Positions 1 to 10,520 of a DNA stretch of 64,000 nucleotides are shown here, piece after piece. The stretch comes from Spirochaetae bacterium HGW-Spirochaetae-5 (GTDB taxonomy: Bacteria > Spirochaetota > UBA4802 > UBA5550), in contig PGXT01000004.1 of NCBI GenBank assembly GCA_002839285.1, forward strand, positions 1,248 through 65,247. Direction: 5' to 3'. The notes below the pieces were generated by a model that did not search any database, had not been told where the DNA came from, and was given only the letters and a program-made list of their open reading frames with translations. How positions within the stretch are numbered: the stretch's first letter is position 1; each line of letters opens with the position of its first letter. The translations under genes were made by a program, and so were the position numbers.

Positions 1-2
1 TT

Positions 3-299
3 AATAATCCGGTTTTTAAATTAAGGAGCCGTTCACCGGTTATATTTAGTCACGGCAATCATATGATGATTGAAGATTTATCCTGCCGCGACTGCCACCA
101 CCGGTTTGAAAACGGGATTAATGTTCTCGACGAGGCCGAACTTGACAGCGATAACAAAGATATATACTGCAGAAGCTGTCATACCGGTGAAACAGAGCTG
201 AAGAATGCCTATCACAGATCATGCATAAGATGTCACGACGCCATGATCAAAAAAAACAAGTCCGCAGGTCCGAGACTCTGCGGAGAATGCCACAAATAG
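3..299 (+). CDS. Class III (c3-type) tetraheme cytochrome c, 5'-truncated by window edge
   Basis: Frame is open from base 3 (NNPVFKLRSRSPVIFSHGNHMMIEDLS...), giving the c3-type 'F-S-H-x-x-H' motif plus four CxxCH (CRDCH, CRSCH, CIRCH, CGECH). Confidence 0.85.
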   Translation, partial: NNPVFKLRSRSPVIFSHGNHMMIEDLSCRDCHHRFENGINVLDEAELDSDNKDIYCRSCHTGETELKNAYHRSCIRCHDAMIKKNKSAGPRLCGECHK

Positions 300-318
300 T
301 AAATCTCCGGAGAATATA

Positions 319-996
319 ATGATAAAGGCAAAACGGAAACCTCTTGAAGAGTTATTCGATCTCACTAAAGGCTTTCAGCGTATACTCTGCGTCGGATGCG
401 GCGGCTGTACATCAGTCTGTCTAGCCGGGGGGCAGCGGGAAACTCAGATGCTGAAAACAGATCTGTCTCAGCTATTCAGAGAGAACGGCAAAAGCGCACA
501 TATCTCTGTCTTTGTTATAGAGCGCCAGTGCAGCCCGGAATATATTTCTGATATTGAAGACATGATTAAAGATTATGGCTGTGTAATATCCGCCGCTTGC
601 GGAGCAGGCGTACAGCTTCTTGCAGAGAGGTACAGATCAAAACCGGTTTTCCCTGCGCTGAACACCATGTTTGTCGGGTTAGACAGAAGCACAGGATTAT
701 ATCAGGAGAGATGCCGTACATGCGGCGACTGTCAGCTGGGATACACCGGCGGGATATGCCCGGTAACATGCTGTTCGAAAAGTCTCTTCAATGGCCCATG
801 CGGCGGCACAAACATTAACGGCAGCTGTGAAGTCAGCAGAGAGACACCATGTGCCTGGAATGAGATATACGAAAGATTAAAAATGCAGAATCGTGTCGAG
901 AACATTCTCTCCATACATCCCCCGATGGACTGGACTGACAAGGGTCCGGGGACACTTATTCAAAGCGGATATGAGAGCAGATATATAAAGAAGTAG
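319..996 (+). CDS. metV: MetV-type methylene-THF reductase small subunit (MTHFR C-terminal domain, Cys-rich)
   Basis: Motifs CVGCGGCTSVCLAGG, CGAGVQ, CRTCGDC..GGICPVTCCSKSLFNGPCGG..CEV..CAW; immediately upstream of metF. Confidence 0.85.
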   Translation: MIKAKRKPLEELFDLTKGFQRILCVGCGGCTSVCLAGGQRETQMLKTDLSQLFRENGKSAHISVFVIERQCSPEYISDIEDMIKDYGCVISAACGAGVQLLAERYRSKPVFPALNTMFVGLDRSTGLYQERCRTCGDCQLGYTGGICPVTCCSKSLFNGPCGGTNINGSCEVSRETPCAWNEIYERLKMQNRVENILSIHPPMDWTDKGPGTLIQSGYESRYIKK

Positions 997-1019
997 AATA
1001 TTATGGAGAACAATATATA

Positions 1020-1985
1020 ATGAAATCAGGTAGCAATCTGGAGAGAGTATTAAAGGCCGGACATTTTGCTGTAACAACGGAGTTTGGTCCGCCGAAGGGT
1101 ACCGATCTGTCTATAGTTAAAAATAAAGCTGAATTTATACGGGGCAATGTTGATGCGGTAAACGTTACCGATTGCCAGACCGCAGTTGTACGGCTGTCAA
1201 GTATAGCCACATCGGCAATTCTTGTCCAAATGGGAATTGAGCCTGTAATGCAGATGACTTGCCGTGACAGAAACAGAATAGCAATTCAGAGCGACATATT
1301 CGGCGCATCGGCATTGGGTATTAAAAACATGCTGGCAATTTCAGGAGATCATCACAGTTTCGGGAACCAGAAAAATGCGCGCAAAGTTTACGACATAGAT
1401 TCGATGCAGATGATTTCGCTTGTGAAAAGAATGCGTGATGAACAGAAGATGCTCAGTGAAGATAAACCATTCCAGGGTGAAGTCCCCATGTTCATCGGAG
1501 CGGCTGCGAATCCCTTCGCGCCTCCGGTTGAATTCCGCGCCATGCACCTTAGAAAAAAAATTGAAGCAGGCGCCGACTTTATACAGACTCAAAGCATATA
1601 CGATGTTGATAAATTCCGGCAGTGGATGAAGATAGTCTGCGACATGGGATTGGACAGACAATGCGCAATACTTGCAGGACTGACTCCTCTGAAGTCTGCC
1701 GGTATGGCAAGATATATGGCTGATAATGTACCGGGGATGCAGATACCGGAATCGTTGTTGACCCGAATGGCAGGTGTTCCAAAAGAGAGAGCTGCAGAAG
1801 AGGGGATCAGAATTTTCTGTGAACAGGTTGAACAGATACGGGAAATTCCGGGAATCGCAGGTTTACATATAATGGCAATTGAATGGGAACATAGAATTCC
1901 CGAAATTACTGAACGGGCTGGACTCCTCCCCAGACCGGTTATGCAAGGAAATGACTTTTTCAGTGGGGATCCTCAATGCCGATGA
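1020..1985 (+). CDS. metF: Methylenetetrahydrofolate reductase; C-terminal ~12 aa possibly derived from a fusion
   Basis: TTEFGPPKG, DAVNVTDCQ, MQMTCRDRNRIAIQSD, KKIEAGADFIQTQ motifs. Confidence 0.92.
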   Translation: MKSGSNLERVLKAGHFAVTTEFGPPKGTDLSIVKNKAEFIRGNVDAVNVTDCQTAVVRLSSIATSAILVQMGIEPVMQMTCRDRNRIAIQSDIFGASALGIKNMLAISGDHHSFGNQKNARKVYDIDSMQMISLVKRMRDEQKMLSEDKPFQGEVPMFIGAAANPFAPPVEFRAMHLRKKIEAGADFIQTQSIYDVDKFRQWMKIVCDMGLDRQCAILAGLTPLKSAGMARYMADNVPGMQIPESLLTRMAGVPKERAAEEGIRIFCEQVEQIREIPGIAGLHIMAIEWEHRIPEITERAGLLPRPVMQGNDFFSGDPQCR

Positions 1986-2019
1986 CATCATTGAGGATCT
2001 TCGCCAGGCGATGTCTTAG
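1951..2019 (+). pseudogene. Orphan C-terminal remnant of a Cys/Met-metabolism PLP enzyme
   Basis: Alternative frame reads MTFSVGILNADDIIEDLRQAMS*, aligning by eye with the C-terminus of MetY in this window ([20 protein letters not shown]). Confidence 0.6.
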
Positions 2020-2085
2020 ACTGAAGTTCTGAAATTATTTGTTCAGTAGGATCGATTTATTCCGGCATAGAGTATTGATTTAAAT

Positions 2086-2446
2086 CTACTCTGCGCCGGT
2101 TTTGTCCCCGTTCTCTATCTTTATTTCACATTTGTCGCACCAGCGGCTCTCAACATAATTAAGCACTGCAGCTGTCAGTAGTGCAATTACACCTGCATAA
2201 AGGAATAATTTATTATAGCTGATAAAAATTCCATAAAAGACACTTAGTGTGCCTGAAACCCCGATAAGCAGCGGCAAAGAACATAAAGATATAAACGATT
2301 GTCTTCTCCTCAAACGGAAAGAGTATGCCTACTCCTAAAATGCTGCCTAGAACAGAAAAAAGAGGGAAACAGACCGGGCAGGCCATTGCAGAAAGCAGAG
2401 CACCAAAGCTTCCGGCCTTATCAAGAAATCTTAAATTAATATCCAT
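2086..2446 (-). pseudogene. merC: MerC-family membrane transporter, split by frameshift and internal deletion
   Basis: N-half LDKAGSFGALLSAMACPVCFP (MerC-like Cys pair) in ORF 2213..2446; C-half PLLIGVSG..LFLYAGV..RWCDKCE in ORF 2086..2313; frames switch near 2280. Confidence 0.7.
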
Positions 2447-2609
2447 AAACTCCCCTTCTGGAAGAGAACTATATTAAACCAATTCCAACCATCTTTTAAT
2501 AAAATTTATTATCTGTTTAAAACTAATTCCATTAATCTCTCTAATATACTTTTGTATATATTCCCGGGATATAGTTACCCAATTTGTTTAAATGATGTTT
2601 ACAGCAATT

Positions 2610-3395
2610 CTAAAGACGGGTTATACGATCTGAATGTGAATATACATTAAAGCTGTCACCTCTGATAAAACCTGCAATGGTAATCCCGAACTCCTCAGCA
2701 AAATCCACAGCAAGCACCGTAGGAGCAGATCTCGATAAAAGAAGCGGCGCTCCTATCCGGGCAGCCTTAATCAGCATCTCCGATGATATCCGTAAAAGCA
2801 CAGCCTTATCGGAGGTATCTATCCGGTTAAGAAATGTATATCCCATTATACGGTCAAGGGCATTGTGACGGCCGATATCCTCATACCTGATAATAATATC
2901 GCTGTCATCAGCAAGTCCGGCTGAATGAACCCCGCCTGTTCTGCGGAAGGTATCAGATGAAGTTTCAAACTTTCCCATGAGTTCAAGTATACTTTTCGCT
3001 GAAAATTCAGCACTACCCGTGACCGGACTAACCTGGTTCTGATCATTGATGTAATACAATGACGGCCGCCCTTTGCCGCAGCAGCTTGTAAAATTGCGGC
3101 ATAGAAAAGTTTCAATCTGCGGAGTCGGATTAACGGTCTCCACCCATACCACGCCCTGACTGTCCCGATGAAAGTAATCCCTGATATCATCGGGATTTTT
3201 TATAAGCCCCTCACCTGCAAGAAAACCGATTACCAGTTCCTTTTCTGATATCGGAGAACAGACAAGTGTTGCGAACTCCTCACCATTAAGCATTACAGTG
3301 ATAGGTTTCTCTATTACAACAGAATCATCTTCAATAAAGCTGGTTCCGTTTCTATATTTTCTGATTTTCTTTGTTTCAAACATCTCTGCCTCCAA
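2610..3395 (-). CDS. fdhD: Formate dehydrogenase accessory sulfurtransferase FdhD
   Basis: EKPITVMLNG, FTSCCGK, RTGGVHSA, EDIGRHNALD motifs; the usual SGR motif reads only R (LL-RISSEM). Confidence 0.9.
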   Translation of the reverse strand: MEAEMFETKKIRKYRNGTSFIEDDSVVIEKPITVMLNGEEFATLVCSPISEKELVIGFLAGEGLIKNPDDIRDYFHRDSQGVVWVETVNPTPQIETFLCRNFTSCCGKGRPSLYYINDQNQVSPVTGSAEFSAKSILELMGKFETSSDTFRRTGGVHSAGLADDSDIIIRYEDIGRHNALDRIMGYTFLNRIDTSDKAVLLRISSEMLIKAARIGAPLLLSRSAPTVLAVDFAEEFGITIAGFIRGDSFNVYSHSDRITRL

Positions 3396-3462
3396 TTCTG
3401 AAATTGTGCTGACTGTGCAAACAAAACAGAACAGAACAAAGTCCGGAAACAGACTATCGGTT

Positions 3463-4749
3463 CTATAACAGCCTGTTCTCTATTATATCTATCAGTGAAT
3501 CGATAAAATAATCGATCTCATCGATTGTATTGTATATATAAAAACTTATCCTCAATGTCCCTGAAATTTTCATCTCATTCATCAGCGGATAGGCACAGTG
3601 CCCCCCCGCCCTTGCTTCAATCCCGCAGCTGCTTAAAAACTCTGAAATAATATGAGCATCAGTCATCTCTCCGTCTTTGTATACATTAAATGAGATTATA
3701 CCTGAACGATTTTCATGGGTACGCGGACCGTATACTTTCACACCTTCAACATCAGCCAGTTTCTCAAGAGCATAACTGCTGAGATGCTGTTCATATTTTA
3801 AAACATTCTGCATACCTATCCTGGAAAGATAATCCATTGCTCCGGTGAGCTTAATTCCCTTTAATATGTTTTCTGCACCTGCGAGAGCAACGGCACCGCA
3901 CATATCGGGAGTTCCAGCTTCAAACTTCCACGGCAGGTCATTCCACTCAACGGATAAGCCCTTGACACTCTTTACCATCCCGCCGCCGTAAATGAACGGA
4001 GGGAGCTTTTCGAGAAGAGACTCCCTCCCCCATAGAACCCCTGTCCCTGCCGGACCGAGCATCTTGTGCCCTGAAAAAACAAAAAAATCACAACCTATAT
4101 CCTGTACATTTACAGGCATATGCGGAACAGATTGATTACCATCAACAAGGAAGAGCGCCCCCGCATCCTTTGCTGTAATTGCCATCTCTTTTACTGGATT
4201 AATAATCCCGAGAACATTGGAAACGTGAGCACAGCAGATCAGTTTAGTCTTATCTGTTATCAATGATTTAAGAGCCGGCAGATCAATTAAACCATCAGCG
4301 TTGAGCTGCAGATTTTTTATTACAACACCGGAGGTTTCAGCCATTCTCATCCATGGGATATAATTGGAGTGATGTTCCGAGAGAGGGATAATTATCTCAT
4401 CACCCGAAGAAAGATTAATTCCGCTCTCTCTGCTTTGAACGAGAGCGTATGCAAGAAGGTTAATCGCTTCAGTTGCATTTTTAGTAAGAACAATTCCGCG
4501 GTAGGAGGGTGCACCGATGAACCGCGCAATGTTTTCATGTGCCTTCAGATAAAGTTCAGTTGCAGTTCCGCCGGATGAGTATGCCGACCTGTTAACAGGT
4601 GCGTTGTACTTCGAGTATATTTCAGAGATAGTATTTATAACCTGTACAGGCTTATGCGTAGTTGCGGCGCTGTCAAAGTATACGGGAGGTCTGCCGTTTA
4701 TTTGCGAATCAAGATACGGGAAGTCTTTTCTTATATTTAATGTGTCCAT
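3463..4749 (-). CDS. sufS: SufS-type (group II) cysteine desulfurase
   Basis: YFDSAATTHKP, EHHSN, FSGHKMLGP (PLP Lys), FEAGTP, RAGGHCA (catalytic Cys). Confidence 0.92.
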   Translation of the reverse strand: MDTLNIRKDFPYLDSQINGRPPVYFDSAATTHKPVQVINTISEIYSKYNAPVNRSAYSSGGTATELYLKAHENIARFIGAPSYRGIVLTKNATEAINLLAYALVQSRESGINLSSGDEIIIPLSEHHSNYIPWMRMAETSGVVIKNLQLNADGLIDLPALKSLITDKTKLICCAHVSNVLGIINPVKEMAITAKDAGALFLVDGNQSVPHMPVNVQDIGCDFFVFSGHKMLGPAGTGVLWGRESLLEKLPPFIYGGGMVKSVKGLSVEWNDLPWKFEAGTPDMCGAVALAGAENILKGIKLTGAMDYLSRIGMQNVLKYEQHLSSYALEKLADVEGVKVYGPRTHENRSGIISFNVYKDGEMTDAHIISEFLSSCGIEARAGGHCAYPLMNEMKISGTLRISFYIYNTIDEIDYFIDSLIDIIENRLL

Positions 4750-4814
4750 CTTTTACCATCTTTAAACAATTCCACTCCGGGCTGCGGAGGATGATTATGA
4801 TCATGAAAATGTTT

Positions 4815-5849
4815 TCAATATCCGATATACTCCGCATAAAGCGACTTGCCTTCCGACTCCTCTACAGCGCCCTTGATTATAGTCCTTCCATCGGGAAATA
4901 TTGTAAACTCATACCCGGGGATTGTAAACTTCATCATGTAGTTATTAAACTTAACCTCACCCGATTTTTTTAATCTTAATGCCAGATCTTCGAATGGTAC
5001 ACCAATCAGAGAAGCAGGTGTAACTTGTACGGAGTTATGCCCGCACAACGACACAGCTTTAACTCCCGTCTCACCCTTGAGCAATTCATATTTGTGCTCA
5101 TCACATATGCGGCATAGTGATTCTTCGCTCTTTTTAATAACAAAATTTTTAGTAATATTATGCCATACATCTACATATATCAGTTTTTCCGAGATTGCGC
5201 TTTTTCTCCCCATGAGAATTTTAAGTCCCTCAGTAGCTTCAATGGAAGTTACCATACTTACAGCTGTATTGAGGACACCGGTTGTTGCACATGTGGGAAA
5301 ACTTCCCGGAGCCGGTATATTATTTATAAAACAGTTCAGGCATGGAGTTTCGCCGGGAATTGTTGCATATATCATACCGTAAGTTGAGACAACTCCGGCA
5401 TATACCCATGGTATCTTCATCTTGTCGCAGGCTTCATTTATCAGAAATCTTGTTTCAAAATTATCAGTCCCGTCAAGAATCAGGTCTGCCCCACTGAAAA
5501 GCTCCTCGATATTTGAAGATGTCAGATCCGCGACAACAGGGACAATATTTACAGAGGAGTTCACCAGCCGGAGTTTTTCTGCTGCAGCAACAGATTTCGG
5601 AAGCCCCCTGCGGATGTCCTCTTCATCAAAGAGAATCTGCCTGGGGAGATTATCGTAATCGATATAATCCCGGTCTATAATAACCACATTCCCTACGCCT
5701 GATCTTACCATAGTATTTGCAAGTGAGGTTCCCAGGGCCCCGCAGCCTGCTATTACCACTGTTGATTTGCCGAGAAGCTCCTGACCATCCGCACCGATCA
5801 GCGGTAAAAGAGTCTGCTTGTAGTATCTGCTGATCTCTTTATCATTCAT
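4815..5849 (-). CDS. ThiF/MoeB-family adenylyltransferase (E1-like)
   Basis: GCGALG, DRDYIDYDNLPRQ, LDGTDNFETR, TPCLNC, PTCATTGV, Zn-binding Cys pairs. Confidence 0.88.
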   Translation of the reverse strand: MNDKEISRYYKQTLLPLIGADGQELLGKSTVVIAGCGALGTSLANTMVRSGVGNVVIIDRDYIDYDNLPRQILFDEEDIRRGLPKSVAAAEKLRLVNSSVNIVPVVADLTSSNIEELFSGADLILDGTDNFETRFLINEACDKMKIPWVYAGVVSTYGMIYATIPGETPCLNCFINNIPAPGSFPTCATTGVLNTAVSMVTSIEATEGLKILMGRKSAISEKLIYVDVWHNITKNFVIKKSEESLCRICDEHKYELLKGETGVKAVSLCGHNSVQVTPASLIGVPFEDLALRLKKSGEVKFNNYMMKFTIPGYEFTIFPDGRTIIKGAVEESEGKSLYAEYIGY

Positions 5850-6925
5850 ATCCGGTTTTCCTGTTCAATAATTCCGCCGCCTATAACTGTATCACCGTCA
5901 TAGAATACCGCTGACTGCCCCGGGGAGATGGATTTACTGCTGTTTGTAAGTGTAACCTTTACATAAAACGAATTTATAAGTTCAATTACCGCATCATCAC
6001 CGGTCTGTGTTGATCTGGTCTTGACCGAGGCTTTAAAGCTTTTTGAAACTTTATGAAGAGCGATCCAATTAATATCCTTAACGAAAAATGATGAACCGCA
6101 TATATCTCTTTTTGTACCTGCAACTACACGGTTTGAGCTGCTTTCAAGCCTTACAACATACAAGGGCTCACTTGCGGCTATGCCGAGTCCCCTTCTCTGC
6201 CCGGGGGTATAGTTCCATATTCCGTTGTGTCTCCCTATAATCCTGCCGCTCATGTCCACTATTTCGCCATCTGTATTGGTTACATTGAGCAGTTCCCGGT
6301 AATCTCCGCTGTAGAAGTCCTGGCTCTCCTCTTTGTCGGATACAGTTAAACCTGCTGACCTTGCAAGCTCCCTGACTTCAGATTTTGTCATATCGCCAAG
6401 GGGAAGCAGTGTACCCGCCAGCTGCTGCTGAGATAACTTATATATAAAGTACGACTGATCCTTATGTATATCTATTCCCCGTTTAAGAAGAAACCGGTCG
6501 GTCTCTTCATGATGCTCTATCTTTGCATAATGGCCCGTTGCGAATTTATCAAAATCCAGTCCGGCTGCCTTCGCCGTAGTGAGCAGGTTACCGAACTTGA
6601 TCTTCTGGTTGCAGACAATGCATGGATTCGGTGTTCTGGCATTGAGGTATTCATTCCGGAAATATTCAATTACAGTATTTTTATACTCGCCTGAACAGTC
6701 GATAACATAAAAGGGGATATCAAGCTGGCTGCATATCTGCCGCGCCGCTTCTATATCATCCTTTTCATCAGGACCGTAACATGCGTTCTTCCCTGAATGA
6801 GTATACGCAAATGAGCCATCCCATATCGACATTGTAATGCCGATTACATCATGTCCCTGCTGCTTCAAAATCAATGCGGCAACTGATGAATCTACTCCGC
6901 CGCTCATTCCAACTGCAATTTTCAT
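5846..6925 (-). CDS. mnmA: tRNA 2-thiouridylase MnmA
   Basis: GMSGGVDSS, TPNPCIVCN, ATGHYA, DQSYF, YTPGQRRGLG, PGQSAVFY. Confidence 0.95.
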   Translation of the reverse strand: MKIAVGMSGGVDSSVAALILKQQGHDVIGITMSIWDGSFAYTHSGKNACYGPDEKDDIEAARQICSQLDIPFYVIDCSGEYKNTVIEYFRNEYLNARTPNPCIVCNQKIKFGNLLTTAKAAGLDFDKFATGHYAKIEHHEETDRFLLKRGIDIHKDQSYFIYKLSQQQLAGTLLPLGDMTKSEVRELARSAGLTVSDKEESQDFYSGDYRELLNVTNTDGEIVDMSGRIIGRHNGIWNYTPGQRRGLGIAASEPLYVVRLESSSNRVVAGTKRDICGSSFFVKDINWIALHKVSKSFKASVKTRSTQTGDDAVIELINSFYVKVTLTNSSKSISPGQSAVFYDGDTVIGGGIIEQENRI

Positions 6926-7040
6926 TCTCTTAATCCATCTTTATAACTTAATTAATATCCCTTACATCTGCATTCAGTTTAACAGCAGGTTGAGTCAAAT
7001 GCAGGCGGGCATAATAATATACAGTTCCTCATTCAGCTGA

Positions 7041-7490
7041 TCATATCGAATAATCCGATCCGTTCTTTTGAGAATTTTTAATCTTGCCCGATTTTCTGAT
7101 CAGGTCTTCAAGAGTAAATGTATCAAGGAAATTCAGGAGAAGTGAACTCATCTCATCCCAGACCTCCCGTGTTGCGCACTCATTGGCCTTGCCGCATACC
7201 GCGGGATTACCCACACAGTCCACAAGACTCAGATCCCCCTCCAGAGGCTCAATTATATCTCTAAGGGTTATTTCCGAAGCCGGTCTGCTGAGAAGATAAC
7301 CTCCATGTGCCCCTCTGAATGTTGTAACTAAACCTTTAGCCTTCAGGGGAATAATTATCTGACTTAGATACTTCTCCGAAATCTCTTCAGAACTTGCTAT
7401 ATCCTTGAGAAAAAGCGGTTTACTCAGTTTGTTAGCTCCCAGAGCAAGCATTAATCTCACTCCATATCTTGATCGTGTTGAAAGACGCAT
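7041..7490 (-). CDS. Rrf2-family regulator (IscR/CymR-like), three Cys
   Basis: MRLSTRSRYGVR, YLSQI, RGAHGGYLL, Cys triad in LVDC..AVC..NEC. Confidence 0.9.
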   Translation of the reverse strand: MRLSTRSRYGVRLMLALGANKLSKPLFLKDIASSEEISEKYLSQIIIPLKAKGLVTTFRGAHGGYLLSRPASEITLRDIIEPLEGDLSLVDCVGNPAVCGKANECATREVWDEMSSLLLNFLDTFTLEDLIRKSGKIKNSQKNGSDYSI

Positions 7491-7538
7491 ATAAGACTCC
7501 TTAAAAAAAATTACTGAAATACTTCTCCGTTAAAACTA

Positions 7539-8468
7539 TTACACCTGTTCAAAAAGCCATGTTGAGAGATAGCGCTCACCTGTATCGGGCAAAATAACAA
7601 CAATAGTTTTCCCCTTAGACTCTTCTCTTTCAGCCACAGATAAAGCCGCAAATAGAGCCGCTCCGCCCGAGATCCCTGCAAGAATCCCCTCTTCTTTCGC
7701 GAGTCTCCTTGATGTGTCCCCTGCATCGATATGAGAAACGGTAATTATCTCGTCAACAATACCCTTGTTAAATATCTGAGGAACAAATCCCGCGCCTATC
7801 CCCTGAATTTTGTGCGGTCCCGGAGCTCCACCGGAAAGAACCGGAGAATCAACAGGTTCAACTGCAATTACTTTAACAGAGGATTTCTTCTTCTTAATCG
7901 CTTCGCCGATTCCGGTAATAGTTCCCCCAGTACCAACTCCTCCGATTATTATATCAACAGCACCATCAGTATCGTTCCATATCTCTTCAGCTGTTGTCTT
8001 CCTGTGAATTTCAGGATTTGCCGGATTATTGAACTGCTGCGGAATAAATGATCCGGGGATCTCTTTCTGCAGCTCCTCTGCTTTAGCTATGGCTCCCTTC
8101 ATTCCAAGCTTTCCATCTGTCAGCACAAGCTCTGCGCCGAAGATTTTAAGAAGCTGTCTTCTCTCTACGCTCATTGTTTCCGGCATTGTGAGAATAAGCC
8201 TGTATCCTCTTGAAGCCGCAACAAAGGCAAGAGCAATCCCGGTATTGCCGCTTGTCGGTTCAATGATAGTTGTCCCCTCTTTGATCAGCCCGTCCCTCTC
8301 AGCAGCTTCAATAAGAGCAACGCCGATTCGATCTTTAACGCTCGAAAGAGGATTGAAGGATTCCAGCTTTGCCAGCACAACCGCTCCCTTCGACTTATTG
8401 AGCTTATTTATTTTTACGAGAGGCGTGTTACCTATCGTTTTTGTTATGTCTTCGAATATTCTTGCCAT
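7539..8468 (-). CDS. cysK: Cysteine synthase A
   Basis: [37 protein letters not shown]. Confidence 0.96.
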   Translation of the reverse strand: MARIFEDITKTIGNTPLVKINKLNKSKGAVVLAKLESFNPLSSVKDRIGVALIEAAERDGLIKEGTTIIEPTSGNTGIALAFVAASRGYRLILTMPETMSVERRQLLKIFGAELVLTDGKLGMKGAIAKAEELQKEIPGSFIPQQFNNPANPEIHRKTTAEEIWNDTDGAVDIIIGGVGTGGTITGIGEAIKKKKSSVKVIAVEPVDSPVLSGGAPGPHKIQGIGAGFVPQIFNKGIVDEIITVSHIDAGDTSRRLAKEEGILAGISGGAALFAALSVAEREESKGKTIVVILPDTGERYLSTWLFEQV

Positions 8469-8610
8469 TTTAATTCCTCCTTTTTTTGAGCAGGTACAGT
8501 CAGCAAGTCACTAGCCTGGGCTGCACCTGCATGGTAGCATCTGACTACCGTGGACAGGCTCGGGCTGTGGAAAGCATGCTGACCTGCCGGGACAGACTCT
8601 GAGAGTGGGG

Positions 8611-8675
8611 TACGGTCTCCAGCTGTCAGGTACGGACTCCAGCTGGAAAGTATGGTCTCCAGCTGGAAAGTATGG
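8611..8675. repeat. 20-bp tandem repeat, about 3 copies (TAYGGWCTCCAGCTG...)
   Basis: tacggtctccagctgtcagg / tacggactccagctggaaag / tatggtctccagctggaaag / tatgg. Confidence 0.85.
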
Positions 8676-8693
8676 GCGAATGATTATTCGCCC
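8674..8693 (-). repeat. REP-like palindrome GGGCGAAT-N4-ATTCGCCC
   Basis: 8-bp perfect stem preceded on the minus strand by GTAA; same palindrome recurs twice at 55885-55937. Confidence 0.75.
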
Positions 8694-8839
8694 TTACGGT
8701 GAGTCTGCACTACCGTGACTCCGCCTCTACCGTGAGTCCGTGCTACTGTGTGTCCGCCTCTACTGTGAGGCTGCCTCTACTGTGAGGCTGCCTCTACTGT
8801 GAGGCTGCCTCTACTGTGAGGCTGCCTCTACTGCGCACT
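8694..8839 (-). repeat. 17-bp tandem repeat array, about 8 units (4 exact CTACTGTGAGGCTGCCT)
   Basis: Exact units at 8760, 8777, 8794, 8811; degenerate units at 8694, 8710, 8727, 8743, 8828. Confidence 0.92.
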
Positions 8840-8905
8840 CTCCTCTCTCCCTGTGTACTACGCCTCTTCCGTGCCTTCTGCTCTGTTTACTGTCCGTTCA
8901 CTCCC

Positions 8906-10219
<1,314 letters not shown>

Positions 10220-10520
10220 TTAATTACTACCAATATAGTAGTATAACTAGTGATTATTTGTCAACAATAAAGATATTTTTTTTAAGCTTTTTATGAAAAA
10301 TTTATTCTCTTAACAGAATTTTAATAATTAATACATATATATTCTATAAATAACAATCATAACCGGATATATCGTGGAGATTTAGCATGAATAAAAAATT
10401 CTTTAATTCTGCTTGTAAAATCAGCAGCAGATAGTAAAAAGACTCATTGACTCGTATCCCGTAAATTCCGGGTGAATATATTTTTAGTAAAACGTCAAAA
10501 ACAGAGCGGAGAAGAATAAA

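Noticed and set aside
2086-2446. Mercury resistance or methylation locus
   Set aside because: No merA/merR/merP or hgcA/hgcB motifs seen in the window.
4815-4817. Selenocysteine readthrough of the ThiF TGA
   Set aside because: The stop falls at the normal family C-terminus and no convincing SECIS hairpin follows.
8029-8514. Long antisense and alternative-frame ORFs (e.g. 8029..8514, 12286..12717, 19505..19990, 44981..45469)
   Set aside because: Shadows of well-supported genes; no motifs or RBS.
8694-8839. CRISPR array
   Set aside because: Units are directly adjacent 16-17-mers with no unique spacers, and no cas genes are present.
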